From the NCBI RefSeq assembly GCF_964204645.1, contig NC_134030.1:7420778-7484777 (forward strand): a DNA stretch of 64,000 bases. The letters run 5' to 3'. Position numbers and translations under genes: made by a program. The DNA comes from Tubulanus polymorphus. Taxonomy: Eukaryota > Animalia > Nemertea. Positions 40,220 to 52,200 of the stretch are shown in pieces (position 1 is the stretch's first letter; every line of letters begins with the position of its first letter). The notes under the pieces are model-generated. The model did no database searches. It worked only from the letters and a program-made list of their open reading frames with translations, and was not told the DNA's origin.

Positions 40220-43200
40220 TATCAGCTGTTTGTTCCGCAATGAAAATAATTTCGATCTTTTTTCCTCTTTTGTTTTACAGTTTTTGGTCAATTACAGAGG
40301 TTCAGAAAGAAACCGGTCGACCAACAAGTGCGAGAAGGCAGCAGCACGGTGCTGCGGTGTGATATTGAAAATCGCGCTGGAAACGTACAATGGGCTAAGG
40401 ATGGATTCGTCTTAGGTATGTCTTGAGTTCCAAAGTTGTAGGTTGGAATTTGACCCATTGATTTATAATTGAAAAGTAATCTAATTGGTGAAATCAGACC
40501 CTGACCTTGATCCATGTCGTTAGTTTTGTTATACCTGCTTCTATACATGTACATAGCTATATGCATATTAGATTTGACTAATGTATCTTAATGGTGCCAT
40601 ACTGATGCATCAGCATCAAACCCTCTGAGATTGTTGCCTTTTAGCAACAGTCATGAATTTTTTACCCAGGAATAATAATAAGAAGAAATCCATAAATAGC
40701 GAGTTCACCTTTTTGTAAACCATAAAGCATAAGCAAGTCTTTTTTCTTGGGTTTTATTTGATTTACATATTTGTCAATGTATAAATTCATGTAGTCCTAT
40801 AGTTGCACCTAACACTTGGGCTGTGAGTGCAGAAGTGTTTTTCACCGGCGCCATAATTGCCCCGCACCAGAATAGGCATGCACCAACCATTCACACCGGA
40901 ATCAAATGTGCCGGTTCGACACTGCCCAAGTTTGGCCCATGCCAGATTACGCGTGGGCCAAATATTGGCTTGACCGAAGACATCGTATGAGATTATTCCG
41001 TGCGAATGCATCTGGTTGTCGGAGCGACTCGTCTCACTTGTTGCTACATCATTTTGATTGCATTTTGTGACAAGTGAGTGATTTACGTGATCTCTAATTG
41101 AGCATGGGCGATATTTAACTCTGGTCTGGTCCGGGCCAGTTTGACCTGAACTAAATTGTCTCCAAGTGTCCTGATTTCCTGATTTGAATCAGCTTCTTTT
41201 TTTATCTCATTTCAGGATACAATCCGAGTGTACCCGGCTATCCTCAGTATAGATACATCGGCGATTTTTCATCAGGAGAATACAACCTCGAAATTACGAA
41301 TATCGGAATCAGCGACGATGCCGTATTCTCATGTCAGGTGTCGCCAGGAGAGGGTAATCCACCGTTAATGGCGCTTGCTCAACTCTCAGTTCTAGGTTTG
41401 TATTGAATTTATCGCTGCAGTTGTTTCCCCCTAAGTCATCTATCTGCATTAGTGCTATTCAACTCTACTCTTTTTGAATATGATTCTCTGATAAATGCCC
41501 TAAGCTTTTCTTTACTAAACATTATCTATCTTTCGCTTTTGGGTTATTGATAACAGAGATATGATAATGGCAAATGTCTAGCAGTCGTTTTAGAACTGAT
41601 GTATTAGATCAATGATTGAGCAACCTCCAATGCTACCATTGCAATTGGGTATTCCACTTATGGCAAATGAGGATCGACCAGGTTCGCTGGTGGTTAGTTA
41701 CTCAGTCATCTGTGTTCAATTTCTGCCTTTCAGTTTCAGATGAGCTTTTCTCTAGAATAAACTGATTAGTAATGATGACTATACCAATTAATCACTGAGT
41801 TGAAAAATGAATATAATGTTTATTTGGTGGGTCCTGTGATATTGTATGGATTCGAATGCCTTAAAAATTCAGTTTAAAGTTGATAGTTCCGGAGAATGAA
41901 CTGATTTTTTACGACGTAAGACCTATTTTCATTGGAATGAGGTAATCCTTTCAGTGTGTCTACACCGCAGCGCTTTGTATTAATCAGCGATTGACTTTGC
42001 TAGTACACTGCTGAGTGATGTAGCCATCTGATTATCAATTCATCTCTACTGAAAGATGGCAGCACCTGTCAAATATTTTGAAATATTAGTAACTAACGAT
42101 ACATCTCACGCTGGTGTTCATGCACTGGGGTGAGAATTTCTAGAATTTTCTCTTAGAAAATAAGAAAATAAGTAAGAATTGGTCGGCACTGACAGCTTAA
42201 AGCTATTGAAGTATGGAAGACTGACTAACTACTAGCAAGCCTGGAGGATCCTCGCATGCGACAAGTGAAACCCTCCTGTTACACTGTAAGAAACCTTTTT
42301 AATGTTTTTGTTTTTGTTTTCTTTTTAGTCCCACCGTCGCCGCCTGTTATTAGCGGTCAGAAAAACGGCTCGGTGATCGAAGTTCCGCCGGTTCAACGAG
42401 TGCTCGATTTAGTTTGCGAGGCGAAGAACGGCAAACCGGCCGCCGAGATCGTGTGGGTGCGAAACGGAGTGCCGGTCGCCGAGGAAGTGAAATATTCCGT
42501 TCAGGAGAATCAGGACGGAAAGCGGCAAGACGCGCGTAGCGTGCTGACGATCCGTCCACACAAAGAAGATAACGGTGTAACGTACGCTTGTAGAGCGATA
42601 AATGCAGCTCTCGATCGTCCTCTACAAACGATGGTTACGCTGAGCGTTTTACGTGAGTAATTTTTATTTCTCAGCAAAATTCATGAACTCGAATCCAGCG
42701 TCAATTCACCAGGGCATATCTGGTATCTCATCTGTGTTGGAATAGCTCGGCAAAAATTCATGCGATGATAATGTGGATGCTATTTTTAATTATGACAAAT
42801 TCAAAATCGACCCCCTTATTCTCCAGGGCAGATCTGATATCTCGACTAACATGTAGCAACCTTGAGCAAAATTGAGTTTCATAATTGCTTAGATTTTACG
42901 TTTGGATTTGATCATTAGAATAGAGGCGTTTAAACTTCAACTTTGGGTTATTTCGACTATTAGTCGATTGAGTAAACCTTACGATTATAAGTTAAAATTC
43001 ATCATTTTAATGGTCTGTTTAAATGGCTCAAGAGCAATAAGGATTTATGTGTTTCATTCGTTTAACTTTTAGATGTACCTGGTCCTCCAGTTATCACCGG
43101 GTATGAGGAAGGCTTCGTTCTTCGTACCGGCGATACTTTGATTCTTTTGTGTACGTCGAAAGGAGGGAACCCGCTCGGAACGGTGATCTGGTACCGCAAC

Positions 43201-46200
43201 GGCAAAGAGATTGATTATTCGTACGTCAGCGGTAGTGATAAATCCGTCAACGAGCTTCATGTCGATTTGACTCCGAAAGACAATGACGCTATTTATACAT
43301 GTGAAGTGAAAAATGTTGTAACGCCGATTGCAATGACAACACAAGTTAAGCTCACAGTGCAGTGTAAGTCCATGGACTTTTTGAATCTGATGACATAGAT
43401 TAATTGGAGAATAATTGGAGTCTCCAGGTTTCAATATGTGGATCATTTATGTCTGGAATCCCGTAATATTGCGGATCTAGATCATTAAGATCAAATCTTT
43501 ATTGATATGTACATAGCTTTGAAAAATTTTGTGTTGAATCTACATAACTTACAGATCTTACACAGAAATCTTGTAGCAATTCGTATCCTAATTTCAGTTG
43601 CTCCAGCAATCACTCAGATCACTGGTCACACGAATGCTAAAGCCGGAGAAATGATCAAACTGAAATGCGATTCGGCTATCAGCAATCCGGCGAGCGTGAT
43701 CACATGGTTCGCGAAAGGCCGCCAACTGCAGCACGACAAACAGATCCAGACGCCGTCTCCTCACGGCGGATTCACGACGCATTCGGAGATAACGATTAAA
43801 CTTGTGAATACGCTGAACAACGTTATATATACGTGTCAGGCTACCAACCACGCGCTCGGACAAACCGTCGCCGATACAGTCACTCTTAGCGTTTTATGTA
43901 AGTTTGATGTTGTGTCAAAGATTTGTCAACCTAGGGTCTTTGGTGAGAAGGAATTTTCCTTCAGTGACTATCCGTTTTAGAACCCAGGGCCAGATTTTTA
44001 CACCATTTTAAACCTTAACTCATTTGACTGCGAATTGAATTGGGCCAATATTGATGATAGTGTAGCACACCGACACGTTTAATCGTATCGCCATAAAATG
44101 GATTTGTGTTGAGCAGTGATTTATATTTCTTATTCGTTACAGATCCACCTCAACCTCCTGTGATTTCCGGTTACACGGGGCAGCCAATCATTGCTGGCCA
44201 CATTCACCAGATGACCTGTGTGTCAGTGGGTGGAAATCCAATAGCTGAACTCACCTGGTGGAAAGGTGCGTAGAAGATGTCTTAGTACATATTGTAGTTT
44301 GTTCATATGTTATAATCTCGCACAAAAGTGGTACCTTCAGTTACATTTCATCTTATCTGAAAGTGCATATACGCGTTATTATATCCAGCTCATTCACATT
44401 TCCAGGTAATGAACCGATGCAATCGGTGAGAAACAAAGTCGATGGTAATGTTCCGTCGAGCGTACTTCGAATTATTGCGCAAGAGAGCGACAACGAAGCG
44501 GAATATCGCTGCAATGCGTCGAACAAAGCTACGACCGATCCACTTTCAACTACCATCAAACTGAAAGTACGATGTAAGTAAATATGAAAAAAATATCGGT
44601 CATCTTTTTGTTCGCTTACTACCGACCGGAGTGAACTGCTGCTTTATTGAAATGGGCTTCCATTAATTTCGACGTTTTGCAGTTCCTCCGAAAAACCTCA
44701 GTATAAAAGTATTGCAGCCGTCGAACGGGCGAATTCCGCGTGCTGGACGTCGTATGAAGTTGCAATGCGACAGCGCCAGCAGCAACCCGCCGGCCGATAT
44801 CACGTGGAAACGAGCAGGCGGCAAAAGAGTCGGCGGACAAGAGAACTCGACGCTGCCGGGAATTCACGGCGGAAAATGCGCGAGAAGCGTTTTCATTTTT
44901 CGTCCGACGGCCAAAGATGACAACACGATCGTTTCGTGCCAGGCCACGAACAGTCTGCTGCAACAGTCGACACATGAGGGATTGTTGATTCGAGTCAGAT
45001 GTGAGTATACCAGAGTTATTAGACACCCTGAAAATGCATTGTCAGAATGCATCGGAGTAGTATTCAGTTATATGCGACCAACCTGAAAGTCTGTTTCTTT
45101 CCATAATGCCTTGTTTCATAAGCTGTATCAGGCATATTGCTATAGTATGCAATAATAGTAGTTGCAATATTCGTTATATGTTGATGACTTCTTAGAGAAT
45201 AACAAAACTTAGTAATATAAAATACAAATAAGGACAAGCAAAAAGAGTAGCACACATGCCAGGGAATAGTCAGGGATAAGCGAGTCAAATGAAAGTAGCC
45301 ACCCTGTTTTTGATTGTAACTGCATTTTTTATTCATACATGATATTGATTGAAATATTCTCTTGATAGATATAAAGCGTTTTCTTGTTTCTAGATGCCCC
45401 ACGTTGGAAGGATGATGTACCACCTTCCGTGACAGTCACCGAAGGTCAACAGTACATTTTGAATTTGACCGCGCACAGTAATCCTCCGGTAACGTCGTAT
45501 AAGTGGTACAAAGATGGCGAAGAGTTGACACAGGTGAACGAAGAACGGCGTCGTAAACGCAACACCGGCATTCGTTTTACCGTCAGTGATGGCGTGTTGA
45601 ATATGACGAATGTCAAACGAGAAGATTCCGGAGTTTACGTGTTGATCGCTAAAAACGACGAAGGTCAAGGAAATTTCACGTTCTCCATTGACGTTCAGTG
45701 TAAGTATGTCGATGCTAGTCTGTGTTTTTCTTAATCAGACCAGGCTCAACGGTTTAAACTATCCCAAGATGGCATCGGGACTGTCCCACCCTGGTTGTGT
45801 GAGGTTGTAGCTATTCATGGATCCAATAAGATTTCCCATTATATATTTCACACCTGAAAAATGGTTTTTAGAGAGGTTCCAAAACATTGTCTTATGATTT
45901 TTGATTCTAATTCTCATCATTTACTTTGTCTTCAATATTCTATATTTGTTTATAGTGGGTTTAATCTTATTTTCGTTGTATATTTATGCTTCCCTCAAAA
46001 TCATGCACTAAATCATATGCAATTTCCAAATGGCTAATGCTGCCGTGCTGATAGCTGCATATCTAGTCTACTAGGGCAGGGGGTTCTACCATGGCATTCT
46101 TGCCACGATGCCACAACTGAAATGCTTTGCCACATAATGAAATGGTCTTGTAATCTTTCAGATGCGGCCCGTATTTCGACGATCAGTAACCCGGTGTACG

Positions 46201-49200
46201 CAAACTCTGGAGCTGATGCCATCTTCGAATGCGCCGTTGACGCAAATCCGAAAAATGACAAGATGATTTCGTGGTCGCGTGAGGGTTTCGATACATCCCG
46301 CATGTCGGTAATACAATCTGACGAAGGCAAGTCTGTTATGAAGCTGACCAAGGTTACGAAAGCCGACAGCGGAGAGTTTCTGTGTACAGTTACAAATGGC
46401 ATCGGAAAAGCGCACGTCAAAGAAGCTGAACTTATCGTCAAATGTAAGTACAGTTCTGCCTTACAACAGTAGAATGGAGACTTTGAATACTTCACTAAGT
46501 TGAGAATCAGAGAATTAGAAAGTCCTTCCAAATAAGTTTTATTCAAATTCCTTGACTTACTGGTGGTTTACTAAGTTTGCCGGTACCAAGCAAGAAGGAG
46601 TCTATCATATTGACAAGAATTCAGTGAATTTTTTGATTGATAGTTGCAACTAATGCTTATGTTTCAGATGCACCAGTAGTGGATAAAGCACAGCGATTTA
46701 CAAAAGCAGCCGCGGCGCGCAGTCACACCGGTGTTATACCTTGCCTTGCGAATGGTGCCCCAAATATCGATTTCATCTGGAAAAAGGTAAGAGTCATTTA
46801 TAGCGTGGATCTTTCTCTGCTTTACTCGACAAGGGTTTTGCGTCCTCATCATAGTAATGATTCTTTTACCATAGGGCGATGAAGTCTTGAAGACCGAAGG
46901 CCGCTACAGCATTTTGAGCGATCAAATGGACAAGATCAACTATAAATCAGTTTTGACAATCGCTAATATTACCCGCGCAGATTACGGAAAATATCAATGC
47001 ATAGCGAAAAATGATCTGGGCGAAGACAAATTAGTTGTTATGTTTGATGGAACGAGTGAGTTGTGAACTTTTTCGCTCTCAATTTTCTATAACCAAGTTA
47101 AGTTTCAATGTAGTATTTGTGGATTTTTCTTATCATTTTCAGGTCGTCCGGATCCACCGATGTTTTTAAAAGTACTGAATTCAACATATAACAGTCTGAC
47201 TATACAGTGGGTGCCGGGCTTCGACGGCGGTCTAGCGCAGACATTCCGTGTCAGATATCTACAGGAAGGGGAACTTGGATACAAATACAGTGATATCCAT
47301 CCTCCTACTGACTTCACATATCATATTACTGGTAAGCTAGTAAAAGATGAGTGCATTTAGCTGTTGCTGCCAACTTGACCTGATTTCACTATTTTTTTTA
47401 CCGTGTAGAATTTGAATATTAGACAGAATTATGGAAAAGTGTTCCCTTTTGATTAATATCGCGTTCCTCATATTTCAATAAAATGGTCCTGTCGCAGAAA
47501 CATTTCAACATATGCATATATTTTTCTTAGGCAATTGAATCCTGTGTGCATGACTTTAAATCAGTAATTGGACATTTACAGATTTGAAGCTGGGAACGGA
47601 ATATTCCATATCTATGAAGGCTATCAATAACTTAGGTAGCAGTGATTATAGCACTCAAGTTAAATCCAGAACTTCGAGTAAGTCAGTTCGATCACTTCGC
47701 AGCTTTTGCTTTGGCCACCGTAATATTCGTAAATTTTCAAGTCTTAAAACATGATCTTTTTTTACACAGCTGAAATTCCAAAGGATGAGCAACTGACGTC
47801 GACTGCCGATGAAGTTCCGATGTTAATCATTCTCGTAATTTGCGCCGTTGCGCTCGTTCTACTCGGACTCAACGTTCTGCTGATATTGTATCTCGTACGA
47901 CGCCGAAATCGTCGCCTGATGGCGAAAGGTAGTGCTCATAAAAATGCCGAGAATGAAATGAAAGCACCGCCGAAAGGTTAGCACGTTGAGCATGGAATGT
48001 TGTGCACTGGTTAAGGAGGGGATAGATATTTTCAGTAGTTTCTACTATCTTGCTCTAGAGTGACTATTTTGAGCCGAGATGAAAATCTTTTGAGTATATT
48101 ATATCTATGTTTTGGTAGAAACTTCTTATTTGGAATTTATGCAGTCTACTGAAAATCAATCAAGCGAAAAGTAATATTTGATTATATTTCGCTGCTATAG
48201 GCTAATCAATCAAACCACTGAAATCTCTTGTAATTGATTACTTAACTTTCATGAGTATTTGTAAGAAAAAGGTGTAAACTAATGTACTGAGGCAAAGTCA
48301 GATGATTTCTATTCTATTGAGAAGGTAAAGAGTTTTTGGCGATGTTTGTGAGGATTGAAATAAGTGAATATATAAAGCTGAAAAGTTATGGCTTATATCA
48401 TGCATGCTGTGATTATTCTCTTTAACCAATATGGATTGAAAATGATTCATCAGTTGCGCATGTATTGCTTAAGTATGAGCATATTCACTAATATTATTGA
48501 ATATATTGTTCAGAGAGGGTTCTCACATAATTCAATGTACCGGTATGCATTTGTTGATTTTCTATATGGACATCAATTTTTTGATAGAATAATCACAAAT
48601 TACTAAGTAACACATCAATCATAGTTTGAGTAAGATTAGAAAAGAAAAAACACAGAACAGTTTCTACTTCAAAATCAATAAATCAGCAGCCAACATTTTA
48701 GAAATATCGATTAAAGCTTTTTGTCAGTCTCTTCAAAGACTTGACTAAAAACAACCATCTATAGTGAGACACCATCTCAACAAACGTATGTTTGCAGTGG
48801 TTCTAATACAAGGCATGTATTTCACTATATTCTAAATAGTATTATTCCAAACTGATTACTTGCTACTGGTTTTGATTAATTTCATCATGAATTAAGAATT
48901 CAATATTTCAAACGTTGTTGACTGCAAATGAACCTATGAGTTCTGCTCCACAAATGAATAGTGACTGATATCATGTTATTAATTCCTTAAACTGCAGGCG
49001 GACCGGAGCTCGATGGAGACAACCACGTCAATACGTTAGAGTTATATTCATCGCCAGCAGTCAATTATATATCGAATACGAAGCCTCAAGACAGTAAAAC
49101 TTATAGCAGTTACGATCAAAGTTTAGATGATTTTAATGATGATTTATATAAAAGTTATAGAGAGGTGAGTTATGAGAATAATCTTTGAACCTGCAGCATG

Positions 49201-52200
49201 TGTTTTTCAGAATTCATGTGTAACACTTGTCCTTTGCTCTTTTTTTCAAACAGGATGAAACTTACCCATTGAACAAATCTGGTCCATATTCACCCGTTCG
49301 TTCGGATGTATCATCCGATAGTCCGAACGCGTCACTTATCAACAAGAAGAGCACAAAAACCTACATAGATGACAATGTAGTAGGAAATTCTAATAATGGT
49401 TGGTCAAAAGAGGGTAAGTTCGATATTTAGAGATCCATATCCCGACAAAAGATTTTTCACCAAAACGTGTAGCATGAGTTCCCCATCGTGGTGTGAACTC
49501 GCAACGATCACAAGTGCTGAGATGAAATAAATAATATCTAATATCCGGTGTTTATAGTCCATTCGTTAGTTCATTTTCAATTAAGAATACCTTGGATAGA
49601 GTCCGGGATGATTTAGATGTGGAAGAATGGTAATACGGTGTCGTAACGCTGAAGGGGTGGATCCAGGCACCACATGGATTCCTGCGTTAGTTTTGTCATA
49701 TTGAGTCAAAGATTTCCATCTATTTCAGGTAACAATTATAACAATAAAACTATGTCATTACCACGGCAACCTGGTGGTTACGGTAAATATTCCAACGATG
49801 CATATTCAGAAACGCTACGGCGAAATACCTTCCAACAGCATCTCGATAACGGCAGAGTTCCACAAAAGGTATGTGCTTTGAACTGTCGAGTGGGATGACG
49901 CTGTACTTGCTCTTGATATCTGTTTGCGTTTTATCTAACTTTATAGATGAATTACTATCTAAATTAGAAACTAAAAAAAAAGTTAGAAAAAAGGGACAAG
50001 TACCAGTGATTTTATAAGATGAATTGCCTCCTTATCACAATTATCTGAAGAATTAAAAGTCCAAAAATGAGATAGGTCCCAATATTTCTGCAAATTCAAA
50101 AGTTAACAAAAGATAATGTTCATAGAACAACGAAGATTTATGATAGTTTTTAGATGGTTCGATTTTATAAAATTTCAGACGCAGCCGAATGGTCACAGTA
50201 CGACCGGGCGAAATGGTAAAACGCCTCCCCCTCCGCCTGTCCGCTCATCGTCATCTTCTAGTCAGCCAAATACGTTACCACGACAACCTGCATCGGGTAC
50301 ATACAGTCGACATAATGAATATCTCTGCTGACCTTTGAGATCAGGGTAACGACTATAGATACATCCCTACGTTGTACGTCACAGTACTATACATATATAC
50401 ATATATAATCATGTGCATATCTTTATAGCATAGTAGCTTCGAAGGTGTCAGGTGCTGTCTGTCTTTTACCTCTCGTTCAGTCTTTAAACCCTTTAGTATT
50501 TCTTCCTTTCTGACCGAAATAGATTACTGTAGCTATCACTAGTATTCACTCTTAAACTAGCTTGGGTGCTCTTCTATCAAGGATTGCTATATTACAGTCT
50601 ATTGTTACTACCATATGTAATGATGATATGTATTTTCATGGTGGAATAGTAATAAGTATAAAATATACATATGCGAAACGTTGATAGATGCTAGGATTGA
50701 TTTTGCAAAAAACTAAATAAGGCAGCGAAAGGGTTTTAAGTTTCTGTGAAGATATTTTTCAATGATATGACTCAGAATTTAGGTTGACCATCTATCCGGA
50801 CACACCTGACACTTAAGATGCACCTATCGTATTGAATCTGTACACTGTAATGTGAGTCTAATCGCACATGCGTACCCGGTACGTGATATCGTCACATTTG
50901 TTTGTGTGCAACGTCAAAATTTAACATCACCCAATATTGTCTGTCCGTCACGTGGTTGTTGTGGTACACACACGGACTGCTCTTTCCAATTTCATCTGCA
51001 TTGTTTTGATATTCTCATCCAGAATGATGAAAATGTTGTCGTATTTTTATATATATCTCTTTCTAAATATTTGTATCTTAACGTAGTTCTGATTTTTCGA
51101 TTCAGCAAAATTTCCAAACGCCTTTTTAACTCGGTCACATTTTCAATAATACGCATTGTTCATTTCCGGTTCATACCGGTGTCATTATTATCGTCTTATT
51201 CATGTAAGGTATATATAGTTTATCATTAGAAAAGTTCAACTCGGGATGTTTCTTTTCATTACCTAATCACTAATAATGAACATATGCTTGATGTGAACTC
51301 GCTAACCTTCCCTCACTTTGAATTCATCGTACCTACATGGGTGGCTGTCTTCTAAGTCCATGGCAGTATCATCAAATTTCTGTTGGAGCCTCTTCAAAAA
51401 AACATGGCCCTCAAAAGAGCATGTGATTTGGTGATACTGTAGGGGATTTAGTAGGCGCCATCTTTTATTGAAGGATCTATAACAGTATTTCTACAGTTTA
51501 TTTAATGATAAAATCGAACATCGTCCAATGAATTGCATGGCCCTTGTGCATGGTAGTTCAAATTATCGTCATTTTTACATTTAATTTTCCTAACATTTCC
51601 ACTATCTGTTTGTTTTTACAATTCGTTCTGACTAATGACTTTTTCATATTATTAGCCAGTGTTTTTTTTTTTTCAATTCAAAATCAATCATTTAAAGTTT
51701 GAAGAAATTTCATTTGTTTGTGCATGTTGTTTAAACACTTTGCTGCGGCCGACATGTTCGGCACTACATCAACATTCAAACTCAGTTAAGTCATCTCGTC
51801 ATATAAGTAGTGACTTGATGTCCAAATTTGTATTTCCAATTTCATTAAGTGAGCATAATTTGTCATTTGGATAAACCATCAATATAATGTTGGTCCCAGC
51901 TATGATGATTTAAGTGAGTTTGACTGTATTCAAATCTCTAGCTGAGACTCCAGTGTTCTCCACTTATGGTTTTAGAGGCTAGGCCACGCCTTTCATCAAA
52001 ATTAAGCTTGATTTTTCTGTATTTTTTTTCAGGGGGGGATCGAAAGCCTTGCTACTTCTGGGCAGCCATAATGTCATAAGACAGTCTCCCTTTAAAATTC
52101 CAGCGTATGGAGAACACTGAACTCTGAACTATTGATATTTTTTTCACAGGACCGCAGCGAAAGTGTTGAGGAATTAGATATTGATTGATATTCAAAAGTA

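Noticed and set aside
40141-40415. ORF-track peptides with (RE)n
   Set aside because: (GA)n repeat read in the wrong frames; the real exon 40281-40415 is in the third frame.
42350-47317. Antisense ORFs over nephrin exons (e.g. 46034-46546, 44619-45026)
   Set aside because: Shadow ORFs of the coding strand.
48685-48742. Possible further Penelope/hammerhead relic on the - strand
   Set aside because: Both core boxes are mutated (TTGAAGA, TAAAATGTT); too degenerate to support.
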